Shown here: piece after piece, positions 38,411 to 50,174 of the stretch
How the letters are laid out: every line of letters starts with the position of its first letter
How positions within the stretch are numbered: the first letter of the stretch is position 1
NCBI RefSeq assembly: GCF_964204645.1
Contig: NC_134025.1
Location: forward strand, 15,438,001 to 15,502,000
Source of the DNA: Tubulanus polymorphus
Lineage: Eukaryota > Animalia > Nemertea
Length of the DNA: 64,000 nt
Reading direction: 5' to 3'
Position numbers and translations under genes: made by a program
The notes under the pieces: model-generated
What the model was told of the DNA's origin: nothing
What the model saw: only the letters and a program-made list of their open reading frames with translations
The model's database searches: none

Positions 38411-39405
38411 TATCAGAGGAAAGGCCGGTTTCCATTAACCATTATATTAGGCCTCAAAATGTGATTTAGTATTTTATTATTTCAAAATTAGTTATATTTT
38501 ATTCCTCAAATATCAACAATTATTATTTCAGAAGGGTCATTTATTATTCACACCTTAGACCATCATTTTACGTTTTATACATTTTTAATAATCGTTACCA
38601 AGTATAGACAGTGTCAACCTGTTTGAGAATTAAGCCATTGTTTCTAACTTTTCAGACTGGACGCACTGTCTCCAGTCCCCTTTAATTAGTAATATCATGT
38701 TATTCAACTAATTGTTAGTATCTCACAGGTCTATCAGCTTTGTTTGCACCTGTTGAGCATACTCAATCTGTTTCTGCCTAGACGGTTACTATGTACAATT
38801 AGCAGATCAATCTATTCTTTTGAGAAGTTGGACTTAGTTTTGACCAATCAACAAGTTTTGTTTGTTTGTTGACCCGCCCCTTGGTGATGGGCCAGCTGAG
38901 TATCTTGAGAAGGAAAATCAAACATTCTGACTCAGGACGTCATCAAATAAACAACTCTCTACGTCAAAACTATATTTGTATTTAACTGATCTTTTTAAGT
39001 TGAACTGTCTCGTAATTTTATACTTAGGCCTAATGCTTAATGATCTTGAATCTTAGCGGTTACCTTTATATCTATTATTCAAAACTATTACGTATATATA
39101 TATATATATATCTAAAATTAAGTGTACTAAATATCTAATTAAATATGAGTTGAGATCACCTATATTTGGTTCCAATATTATTTGTATTCAAGTTATAATC
39201 TCTCTCTATCATTTTGGAAATCATGCTGATATTATAATAATTGTTTGTTACCTATTTTATTCATAATATTATGACATTAAAAGATTCTGACTCAGGACGT
39301 CATCAAATAAACATTTCTCTACGTCAAAACTATATTTGTATTTAACTCATCTTTTTAAGGTTCTACCATCGATAGTTCCCCACTCCATTAACGGCATAAA
39401 CCTCA
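38411..39405. mobile_element. Unclassified ~1-kb insertion with an internal 76-bp direct repeat
   Basis: It interrupts the RT at KAI with aaggctat/aaggccat flanks. The repeats lie at 38924-38999 and 39284-39359. Confidence 0.5.
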
Positions 39406-39899
39406 TTAATAAGGCCATCGCCTCAAACTCATGTAGTGTCATAGTACTTCTAGTAGTTGGATATGTCCCGTGCTTTTGACACAGTGGATAGAGGAAGACC
39501 TAACAAAGATCCTAGACGAGGATTTACTACATATTCTCACCCTGCTACTGGAAGACATCAGGTTGAAAGTCCGAATTGCCAAAAAAAAAACTGGTGAATT
39601 CTTTGCGACAAATGTTGGTATACCACAAGGTGACCGTCTCAGTCCAATTCTCTTCACTCTGTACCTTGCTAAACCTCTTTCGAACTACATGACCATTCCT
39701 ATACCGGACCATATCTGACTAATGAGACACGACTAATACCAGAGATTAGAGTTCATAAATACTGCAAACCTCCAGCTGAACCTCCCATAGAAATTGACCA
39801 ACAGTACGCAGACGACACAGGCTGGATCACAACATCACAAAACCGAACTGACGCCATCAAAATTTTAGAATTATTCTTGAAATCTAGGCTTAACACAAA

Positions 39900-40068
39900 T
39901 TTCCCGTGCACAACGCAGATATGTGATATTGTTTCCATGTAAGAAAAAGTGATAAATTTGTTTTTTTTTGCCCAAAAATTTTGCAAAAAAATTTCTACCT
40001 ACCTACCGACTCATCCTGAAAACTTAAGTCGGTGTTACAGCAAACAGACAATTATTTTATGATGGCCC
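39900..40068 (-). mobile_element. Partial copy of the Harbinger-like MITE
   Basis: Reverse complement of ~30633-30800. Confidence 0.75.
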
Positions 40069-40077
40069 AAAACGTAA

Positions 40078-40704
40078 TGTCAAACGTGCACGCACCAGCA
40101 AGCAACGTTACAGTATCACTAGCTATATAGTAGTGTATACTGTACAAGTGTGTGTGTGTGTGTAACAGTCTAATGCACTCCACTGGCACGTGGAGGCCTT
40201 ATCTGTAAGTGAATGTTCTCTTACACTTCAATGACAATCAAAACAATCACCGGGGATTAAAGTGAAACAATACCTATGGCGGATATGTAAAATAATTATA
40301 TTCTCACCAGCAATGAGCATTTGGAAATCGCTCGTTGACGGCACCTAGTCCAATCAAACGTTTGCCATGTATAGCTTTCCCATGGTTATTTTAGTAGCGC
40401 AGGAATTCCCCGTATATCCCAGAAACAGCCAATCACATTCGTTCGTAGAGACGATGCCCCCAATCAAGGTCATTGCAATTTTATACGCAAGAGCTAAGAA
40501 TTTTCCCGCCAAATGCAGTTTTTCGTAGAATTTTAACTAATTTGACCTTGTCATCAACTGAGGTTTGCCATGTCTCCAATCAAATCGATTATACGTCTTT
40601 TAGGCCGAGAACCAATAAAAAATATGCTCACATAAAAAAAATGTACCGCTATTTGACATGAATTGGCTCACTGCCAACTTCATTACGCTGATAAAGGTAA
40701 ACCA
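40078..40704 (+). repeat. ~600-bp repeat, copy 2
   Basis: Colinear with 36843-37442. Confidence 0.8.
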
Positions 40705-41446
40705 AAAAAGGCAAACAACAGGTATTATAATCAGAAGAAGGCACAATTAAATTGAATATGAAGGAATATTTTGTAGCATGATACTAATAAAGGCAACATA
40801 AAGCAAATCTTGTAGAAAGGCAGCCTAAGATGAGTTTTTACTTCTCTTTGCGTTGTTGACATATCTCTTTTATGTTGATGTTGATTATGAAATTTCAAAA
40901 TTTTCGGGGGGAAGGCCCCAGACCCCCCTTTATCTGATTCGCGACTACATCGCTCGCTGGAGCTACAAGAAAGGCATGTTTTTGATTTTCGATAGAAGAG
41001 TTACTCGTACAAGCATTCGGTTTTGCATGAGTGTTTTCGATTGCATGAAACAGGTTCGCACGCTCGAACAGTAACTGCAAGTGTGAAAGCCTCAATCGCT
41101 CGAGAGCGAGCGGGCAAAGAACTCTCTCAAAGCTCAACTGTGCGAAGTGGAGAGTCTACGTAGAAGATTCATGACACCAATGAAAAACACTAACTAAAAT
41201 ATTGTAACATACATTAGTGTAGACCGGCAAACAAAAATTACAATTCTTGGAACTAAAATTTGTATTTCCGAGTAGTACTTACCCTTTCCTATGGTTTTTG
41301 CCTATATTTTCTAAATTTGGATTGATCGCCAATGGTTTTTCTATACGACCCGGCCCTGCGGTATTGCATTTAGCCATCCGCCATCTTTTTACGTTATAGC
41401 AGACCAAAAAAAAACAGCTATGCGGGGAAGGTGGGCGGGATTCTCA

Positions 41447-41543
41447 CCATAGGAAAGGGTAAGTACTACTCGGAAATACAAATTTTAGTTCCAAAAATTG
41501 TAATATTTCCGTCGAGTACTGTACCCTTTCCTATGGTTTTTGC
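41447..41543. repeat. DIRS internal complementary region (ICR)
   Basis: The first half is the reverse complement of 41237-41294. The second half (atttccgtcgagtactgtaccc..) is the reverse complement of the right terminus, so the ICR is a copy of the circle junction. Confidence 0.92.
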
Positions 41544-41750
41544 TAAACTAGCCTAGCACAAGGATGGTGGGAAAGGTAGATAGAAAAACCACCGCTCAAA
41601 CGCAAGGTAAGAGGGAAAAAGAGAGCACTTACCCAAGCACGGAATGGAGCACTGTAGCACAGGGAAGACCGGTTGGCCACAGTGAGTCCGTCCAGCTCAG
41701 GGGCCCCCCCAGAATTTTGCGAAATTAATACTTGCAGATATGAGCCCAAA

Positions 41751-43240
41751 CTATGTACAAGGATACACCCCTGTGATCCTGATAATGATAACCACTCCCT
41801 CCGAGGAAAGATTCTCCTTCAATAAAATGTCCTTGATCAGTGAAGAGACCCATCGGGCCACTGTGTCCCGCGAAATATCACCCTTTAGGTGATCCAGCAG
41901 CGGAATAAATAACCGCTCCCTTGAACCCCTCCGTGAAGCAGAGCGATCTAAATAGAAACACAACGCCCGCACAGGACATAAAGTCCTGTCCGGGATGCCC
42001 GGTTCCACTCGATGTTTTAGGGCTTCAATTCGCCATTGACGCCCAACCGAGCCTGGTCGTTGGTAAAAATTCCAAAGCAGGCCGCAGCGAAACAAATTCC
42101 TTTGCTGGCCCAAAGACAATATGACCTTGTCGGACTGAAAGCGCATGAATCTCAGAGCCTCCATTAACTTCTTCAAAATTACAGACAGTTCCCATGGTGG
42201 AACTGTCCTTGGTACCCGAGGCCGGGAAATAGAAAACCCTGCAACCAGCTGCGATATCCGATGATCCCCTGCTACATTTGGCCATCCAGAAGCACGCAAT
42301 GTATGAGAAATCGCGGAGCGGTAACCTTTAATAGTTATGACCTGCAAACCTTTTACTACAAATAGGTGCAGTAAAAAATCTGCCAATTGAGCTACAGAGG
42401 GTGAGCATGTATCAATTTCCCCTGCAGCACACCAATCCGCAAAATGAGTCCATTTGGCATCGTAAATGGTACTTGTTGATGGCCGCTTAGATCCTGCGAT
42501 AAAGGAGGCAGCCTGTTCTGAAAAGCCTGAAGCTGACAAGGATCGCTGGACAATGGCCAGGCGAGCAGATTTAACCACTGGCTGTTTGGATGATGCCGAA
42601 AGTTCCCCTGAGACAGAAGGGAGGGGAAATTCGGAAGAATCCTGGGGTTGTCGCACAGTGAAGAGAAGTGGTAGGAACCATTTCTGAGCCGGCCAACATG
42701 GTGCTACCAGAACTATGTTGCAATTGACTGATCTCTCTATTTGATCCAGTAAGCGTGGCAGGACTGGTGTGGGCGGGAACGCATACGCATGCATCCCCGA
42801 CCAGTCCAGAGAGAAGGCATCGACCCCCCACGCTTCCGCGTCTGGAAACGGGGACACAAACAGAGGACACCTCCGATTGAACCGGGTGGCAAACAGATCC
42901 AGCAGCGGATTGCCAAACATGCCCCGAACCCGATCGGCTACTTCTTGGTGGAGAACCCATTCTGTCGCAATAGCCTGACCTCGACGAGACAGAGCATCGG
43001 CCATCACGTTCCTTTTCCCTGCTAAATGTGCCACAGTCAGGGACACGTCCTTTGTCTGGCACCAAAGAAGAATTTTGGTCGACAGACCTGTGAGGGTTTC
43101 TGAGTGAGTGCCCCCTTGGTTCTGAAGGTAAGCCCTCACTGTTGAATTGTCTGTGGCTAACCAAACGTGGTGGCCCTCCACTCTCCTGTGAAAGAACTTC
43201 AGGGCCTTCCACACGGCCAGCATTTCCAGGAAATTTATGC
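41751..43240 (-). pseudogene. DIRS RNase H, Dam-like methyltransferase and internally deleted tyrosine recombinase (fused in one frame by frameshifts)
   Basis: RNase H: INFLEMLAV, TDNST, HLAGKRNVMADALSR. Methyltransferase: LDLFATRFN, DAFSLDW, YAFPP. Recombinase: STSTIYDAKW, TIKGYRSAI, VPPWEL, LCPVRAL. The box I Arg and H..R/Y motifs were not found. Confidence 0.85.
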
Positions 43241-44515
43241 GGTTGGTGACCATCTCCCGGCTTTGACTCGGTTCTCCAGATGTGCCCCCCATCCTTGGTG
43301 ACTGGTTTCCCTGAATACACGAACTGGAGCCTCTAACGGGGCTAGTGACACCCCGAGCCGAAGATTCGTAGTTGCCGCCCACCACTGAAGATCCGGACTT
43401 AGATCGCTTGGAGGTACGGGAATCAAGGTCTCCCAGTTGCCCTTCGACTGAGACCAGAAGACCTTCCAATATTTTTGCAAGCGCCTGCTTCTGAGGCGGC
43501 CTAAGGGCACCACCAGACCTATGGAGCTGATGGAGCCTAGAAGCCGTGACCAGTAACGAGCTGTTCTCGGGGTTGTGGACACTCCCGCTAGAGCTTCTTG
43601 AAGTTTGGCTACTCGAGCCATAGACGGAAAGACTTTGCCGATTCGGAGATCGAAGTCCATGCCGAGATAAGTGAACTGTTGGGCCGGCGTCAACTGAGAT
43701 TTTTCCCAGTTTACGCGGAACCCTAGCTGATGGACTAAGTCCAAGACTGAGGTCATTGCCTCCCGACATTCCTGAGCCGAATTCGCGACTATTAACCAGT
43801 CGTCGAGGTAAACGAACAGTCGAAAACACCCCTTGACTGAAGTACCTTCTGAACTGACTTGACCAAATGGAAGAGACCTGAATTGGAACTGGCGGCCTTT
43901 CCACTTTATCATGAGAAATCGCTGAGATTTTTGGTGAATTGGAACCTGAAAGTAAGCATCTTTCAGGTCCATTGAAGCCGCCCATTGACCCAGACGGAGC
44001 CCTTGAATCACGTCCTTGGGCTTGGTCATCCGGAACCTTGGAATGTCTAGGTGCCGATTGAGGGATGACAGATCTATCACTGTCCGTTGACCCCCTGTGG
44101 CCTTTGGTACCATGAATATTCGAGAAAACCAGCCAGGAGAAGTTTCGTTGCAAACTGGTTCTATCGCTCCCTTCTCGGCCAATTCCTTGAGAGCCGGAGA
44201 GATTAAGGCCTCCTGACCTGGTTTTGGCCGCATGTCGGGAGGTGACCTCATCAGGCGCGGTCGCCTTAGGAAACGGAGACGGTAGCCACGAGAGACGACC
44301 TGGGAGGGCCAACCGTCTCCAAAAAGGTCAGACCAGTGGGTTGCTGCCTGCTGCAGACAACCTCCCACTGGTCCCAAGAATTCATTTCGAGTTTTTCCGA
44401 AAGGAAGAGCCCCTTTTTGGAGCCTTCCCTTTGCCTCGATACGAACCGGAACTGTTACGACCGGACGAGGCTGGACACGATTGTTGAAGTTGCGCGCTAG
44501 TTCTCCAACCGGCAT
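43235..44515 (-). CDS. DIRS reverse transcriptase (probably defective)
   Basis: FSRIFMVPKATGGQRTVIDLSSLN, MDLKDAYFQVPI, FQFRSLPFG, VYLDDWL, VNWEKSQLTP and FTYLGM. There is an apparent deletion after LPFG and a frameshift in RNase H. Confidence 0.92.
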   Translation of the reverse strand: MPVGELARNFNNRVQPRPVVTVPVRIEAKGRLQKGALPFGKTRNEFLGPVGGCLQQAATHWSDLFGDGWPSQVVSRGYRLRFLRRPRLMRSPPDMRPKPGQEALISPALKELAEKGAIEPVCNETSPGWFSRIFMVPKATGGQRTVIDLSSLNRHLDIPRFRMTKPKDVIQGLRLGQWAASMDLKDAYFQVPIHQKSQRFLMIKWKGRQFQFRSLPFGQVSSEGTSVKGCFRLFVYLDDWLIVANSAQECREAMTSVLDLVHQLGFRVNWEKSQLTPAQQFTYLGMDFDLRIGKVFPSMARVAKLQEALAGVSTTPRTARYWSRLLGSISSIGLVVPLGRLRSRRLQKYWKVFWSQSKGNWETLIPVPPSDLSPDLQWWAATTNLRLGVSLAPLEAPVRVFRETSHQGWGAHLENRVKAGRWSPTA

Positions 44516-46572
44516 CCGAAGCCGCCTGAGAATGCGCTGAAGTTTGAGATGGTCCTGTTTGCGTCGGACCAGAACGCTTTTTCCACGGAGTTCGGGGGTT
44601 GGACTTGGCCTGAACCTCCCGAATCTTCCTCAGCTCTGCGGAAACCGGAGCGCACCAACCGGAGAAGAGACGTGAAGACGTCCTCAATGGGGCTCTCAGC
44701 AAAGCATTGGACACCATATCCGGTAGACGAGCTTTGGAACTGGAGTCCATCACTGACTGACGGGAGGCTAACACAAGATTAGCCTGACCCCGAACCGACA
44801 ACGGAATTACATGCGAAAGAGACCGAGCCAAAGATTGGATAATCCGGTCCATTCCCTCCAGTTTTAGGGCAACTGACTCTGGGTTGGAGCCCGCATGAAC
44901 GGCGGCGTGAGTTTCGCGAAGCTCACCCAGCAACACCTTAAGTGCCATATCTTGAAACGAACCAACCCTGGTAAGATTGTCCAGGATTGACGTCATGGCC
45001 ACCAAAACAAAACGAATACCCGACTGTGCTGTAACAGTATCCGGGCTGATCAAAGTATAATCAGCATCCAGGCAGTTATGACTGTGATCCACAGCACCTG
45101 GAGTTGCGTAATACGCCGAGCGAAATGCGCCTATAGGTGGATCGGTTGAACTAAAATATTTCCCAGATTTCATACCCCGTTCTGGAGGGGGAAATGAAAA
45201 TGTTCCAGGCCGACATTCACCCCATAATTGCGTATCCAATCGAGCCCATTCTCTCGAAACCGCTGACGATTCCCGTAAAACGTTAAGATCGGAGTCCGGA
45301 GGGCGATAAGCTTCCATTGACTCACCGACCAGAGGAGCTGCTGTGGGCTTAGCGCGAGTTGCCCCGTGCTTGACAAAGAACTCACTTATCATCGCTCTAA
45401 ATGGCATGTCCCCCGCTGGTTCGGATAAAACTGAACGGGACGGAGATACATTGCGAGCCAGGGAAGCCCCCATCGTCTGGGGCAACCCACAATTGCTCGC
45501 GACAGGAACGACCCCAGAAGGAATTGCCGCTTCTGGGACCGGATCCTCATTGAAATCAGACCCTACCGCAGCATCCAGGAATTCAGAGTCAGAATTCCGA
45601 AGAACTAAGTGGGCTGGCGAACTTCTAACCGGACAATCAGGAATAGGCTTACCTGTTGTAGAGGTTGCAGCGACTTGTTGCGACGAAGATAACAAGTTTA
45701 AAATTTTCTCTTCAAATACATGGAAATCCTTCTGAGTCAGGTATTTTCCAGTATCCCGACGATCATGCCGACTTCGGTGACGGTCCCTCGAATGGGATCG
45801 AGAAGAATTGCCTAGAAGAATCGCCTTCATCGCTAACCGACGTCGACGAACGATGAGAGAACTGACGGCGAAACTTCCGACAATAACGATCGTAGTCCCC
45901 CTCGCGATCAAACCTTGATCTGCGAGGAGATCTTGCTCGTTTATTACGCTCACAGCGTCTAAATCGAGTGGGAGAGCGAGCTCTATCCCCGGAGCGACGA
46001 TCAGAATCAGACGATGAACGTACCAGATGTTTTGAACCGGACGACGTCTGGACCGGACGGGTGCCCGAACCGGACCGATGCCCGACCCGGACCGGACCAA
46101 CCGCACCGGTGCGGGCCGTTCCCGACTACCGCGGCGCGCGCTCGGTTCCGAACATGTAGTCTGAACCGGCCGAACCGGTGAACGACCAGAGACCGGTGAA
46201 TGACCGGAGACCGGTGCCGGTGAACCAGTGTTCCTCCCCGGTGAACGAAGTTTGGAAGCCGATCGTACCTGAACGACCGGCGACCGCTCCGCTTTACGAT
46301 AAGAAACAGGATTAGAAACGTCGGTTGGCACGTCGGCCGAAACCTACGAATCCCTGCTAACTCGACGACGATCTCTTAGTTTAAGAGCCTTATCGGCCCG
46401 AAGCCAAAGGTCCTCGGACCACACCTCGCAAATCTTGCAAGGATTGCTCCTTGCACATATTTGACCGGATTTGCGCCTGCACGATGCACACGAATAGTGG
46501 TTAAACCAGGCGCCAAACAAATGCCCGCATCCCTCCCCCGCCACGATGTTGACCCTTAGGAGGGGGTGGCAT
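44382..46572 (-). pseudogene. DIRS ORF1 (gag-like) with N-terminal Cys/His finger
   Basis: The CGH..HYSCASC..C....CKICEVW finger (46344-46544) is in frame with the 649-aa ORF but separated by TAG. The likely ATG at 46572 is frameshifted. An Arg/Ser/Pro-rich linker follows, and the ORF overlaps the RT start. Confidence 0.8.
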
Positions 46573-48124
46573 AATTACCTGTTACAAATCAAATCAATTC
46601 AATCAAATTATATTTGTAAATAAAATTCTTACGGAAAAATAGAAACCAGGGATAACCCCCAAACCGAACGGACTCACCGTTATGAGAGTGAAAACTCCCT
46701 AATATCCTAATTCCCAGATTTTTACGGCGAAAAAATCCAACGCGTTCTACTGCGAGAACGCCAAGAAAAAAGATGGCGGATTTCGCCGGTGGCTAAATGC
46801 AATACCGCAGGGCCGGGTCGTATAGAAAAACCATTGGCGATCAATCCAAATTTAGAAAATATTGGCAAAAACCATAGGAACGGGTACAGTACTCGACGGA
46901 AATACACTAAAACGGCAAAGTTCGTAAGATGCTGCGACTTTTTTCAGCTCGATCACTGGCAGCGACGAAGAAAACAGATTTACTGCAACACAAAAAGAAA
47001 CTATAAGATACAAGATGATCAGCAGGTTCTGCCACCTACATAAGCCTGGCGGGCTTACAAAAACTCAATTTTATGTTCCAACGAGTCGGCAATACGACAA
47101 AAATGCACCTTTAAGAGTTACACAGACTACTTAGCACACTTAAGCATATAAGGTTCATAACAAGATAGCAAGTTAAGACGCTTACCGAAACTTTGAGACC
47201 ACTAAACTTAACTAATCTCACGGTCTTACATCATACTCAACAACCCAAAAAACAAAACATCTGATGACGAACCCCTTAGACGGAAGTAGTCAAACCAAAA
47301 TCACGCTATTTACCGACCAAAACCAATGAAATAGAAAAGGCCGACGTCGGACCTTAACATCAGACATAAAAAAACATCAGACATTCAGACATCAGAAAAA
47401 ATTCAAATTCAAAAACGTCACCTTCAACTTTGCTCATTTTCCACAAATATTTTCATTATCAAGGTTTCCTGGCTTGATATGAAATTGCAATGCTAGAAAA
47501 ATAAAAGCAATTATACTATCAATACAGTGTCACCCCTTTGTGTCATTTAGCCGCATTGCACAATTTGACGTTACACTATGACATTTTGTCAAAGTACAGA
47601 CAAATAGACTAAGCGCTGATTTTTGGCGGGAACGGCCACCCATATATTGGTACTGGGCTTTTTGTTGTCACACGTATGTATGTATTTTCAAGAAGGTTAA
47701 AACGTTTTTGTTCGGAACGTTGACTATATATTAAGGTTTATAGTAAAGCTTTAAGAATAAATTTTGAAAATGAGGGAGAGATGTATGATTTAATCTGATT
47801 ACGTATTTAGGGTATAATCGTTCAGTAACAGTGCAGTGGCGGCTACTAGTAGTTTCACTAAATTTGCAAAATATGTCTTTTTGTTTAGGATTAATTTGGT
47901 TAATTAGTTCGCCCGAGCCAAATAAATAAATAGATAATCAAGTCAAAGAGTAATGATTCATCATGGCGTCTAGTTCCAACTAAATTTATGAGAGACATTT
48001 TTTTGTTTCCGTCGACAAATTAATAACTATTTATTCACCACAGTTTGCACTTGATTCCACTATAAATAAAAGACCAATCTGTCATGTAGGCTACCGGCAT
48101 TGAAAATTGAACGAGAAAAAAATA

Positions 48125-49887
48125 TACAAGAGGCCCATGGGCCTTCATGACGCAGTAGAAGTAGAATGATTCAGTATTCAAAGTTTAACAGAAAGATTTA
48201 CATTGTTATGATGTAACAAGTTATAAAATAGGTAAGATGGTATAGGCTATGTGGCGATGATGATCATTTTCTGTTAATATATCCTTACATGAAAAGAAAA
48301 GCCCATTTTAGCTGCCCCAAAGATCAAACTACATGAAAAAATGCATCAAGAATTGGTGTAGGCATCGTGCTGAAAAGAAATCCAAGATGGATGGCAACCC
48401 TGGTGGCCATACTTGAACTCAATTTTCAATAAGGGGTAGACATTTCACCTACCAAAATTCTTACACTTAGTATCATGAAAATGCATTAAGAATTGCAGGC
48501 CGTTTTTTGCAAGAAATTCAAGATGGCTGACCTGGCGGCCATATTTGAAAGCTGATGACCTCCATATACAAAAGGCAGGGACAGCTTACCTACCCTGATC
48601 CTCACACCAAATTTTGTGGAAATCCATCACGAATTGCGGGCTGCATCGGCAAACAAGAAATTCAAGATGGCCACCCCGATGGAAGCCATATTTGATCACC
48701 AGTGACATTTTTTTTAGGGGTGGACATCTTGCCAGACCCAATCTTCAAGCTAATTTTCAAAAAGATCATCGTAAATTACAGGCGAATTACTGTGTCGAAT
48801 TCAATTCAATTCCAGACGTCCTGGCTTAGGCCTATGCAATAGAGTCAAATAGAGTCAATTAAGATTCGGCTTTTTGAAAAACCAGCACAGATGCCTATTC
48901 AATCACATGTAATTAAAAAGTTCAGCGCTTCTTAGTTTGATGTCCCTGTTTTCATCGCGCACGTGGTTAAAATTATTGTTTACATCGAACATCTTCAACA
49001 GCTGATACAACCGCACCCGCGTCTGTCAATCATCTTAATTGATTCATATACTAAAATGCTCACTATGAAAAAACTATGCGGTGAATCAATCCGGAATTTT
49101 TCAGTAGAATGTCAGACACTAGGTACCTTTTTTTAAAGGTTTATTTGTTGTATGTCATTAACGATCAGTTACATAATACTTGATTCATAGCTTTGAAGCG
49201 GCGCGCCAGCAGCGAACGCTCAAGCAAGGTCAGTCACGTAGGTCAACGATAACACAAAACAGACCACGGTTTGCCGGTTAAGAGCGTCTCTCCACATAAA
49301 TTAGAGGGACTGTAATGGACCATTTGTTGACACTCACCTTTAATGAACTTCGTATGGATACAATCAAGATAATTCCACCCTGTAATTCCACTATTCAACA
49401 ATCGATGCGCAGCATAAACATGGCGCCACCATTCAAAACGCTAGTCACGATGTATCTCTACACTCATCAAAATCACACTTGAAAAGTGATGACTTATGAG
49501 AAACAATCGAAATATAGCAACTTGATTGGGAAAATAGCAGCACTATAGTTGAAAAAGGTTGATAAACTACCTCCGACTGGCTAATCATTTAAAAGCTTCG
49601 TCTTCACATGGGACTATTTCCGCCTTATCACAGGTGCACTCTGCCGCCGTGATTCAACCATTCAACGATAAAAACTTTCCCACCGTCTTACTATCGGCAT
49701 TTTCTAATAATTTGGGGAAATATTTATAAAAAGAGAAATTTCACACTGTGCATTAATAAGATTAAAGTATTCATTTGTTTGACAAATCTTCCTCTGAACT
49801 CCCACCAACAAGTTATAAGTGGCGACACGAAAATGACGTCATCGACTCACTACCATCTTATAACCTACGTCATGAAGGTAATAAAAA
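48125..49887. mobile_element. Helentron-associated non-autonomous element (HINE)
   Basis: Starts acaagaggcccatgggcc, has an 11-bp subterminal inverted repeat ccttcatgacg (48142) / cgtcatgaagg (49868) and ends in taataaaaa. Internal ~140-bp caagatgg tandem units are present. Confidence 0.75.
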
Positions 49888-50174
49888 GGACTCAATTTTG
49901 GTCAGTGTGAACTTTTAATGATAACTGACTTTTAACAAGAATGAAATCGAAAAATTGATTATGGGCAATTCGTCTGAACAAATGTTCATGATTTTAATAC
50001 ATCCCTTGAATGACGTAAAACAACTAAAACTATGAGTGACCCGTAAAGATACGGTACAAACTTTGTGAGAGCCTGGGTTTAAACTTGGTGAGAGCCTGGG
50101 TTTCATTGGAGGTTTCATTATCATACTCACTCACTCATATCATACTCATACTCATACTCACTCACGCTTACATC

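Larger units (their letters stand above)
41237..46903 (-). mobile_element. DIRS1-like tyrosine-recombinase retrotransposon
   Basis: Inverted terminal repeats at ~41264-41390 and ~46765-46903, a 3' extension, an ICR at 41447-41543, and overlapping gag, RT-RNH-MT and YR frames. Confidence 0.95.
38165..47400 (+). mobile_element. Degraded RTE-X-like LINE in four pieces (~38165-38410, 39406-39890, 41130-41236, 46904-47400)
   Basis: ILVPLSKPEKKKGPRSNLCPVILLSTIRKI...QVAYKRG...LAEKAI, then FDTVDRG, GIPQGDRLSPILFTLYL and QYADD, then decayed thumb and C-terminal sequence on both sides of the DIRS element. Confidence 0.7.

Noticed and set aside
41751-44312. 853-aa ORF as a novel RNaseH-MTase-recombinase fusion protein
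   Set aside because: It is a patchwork of the normal overlapping DIRS frames joined by frameshifts near 43240-43320 and ~42660.
47260-47300. ctgatgacgaa as a hammerhead or Penelope signal
   Set aside because: No supporting helices, and it lies in the decayed LINE 3' coding region.
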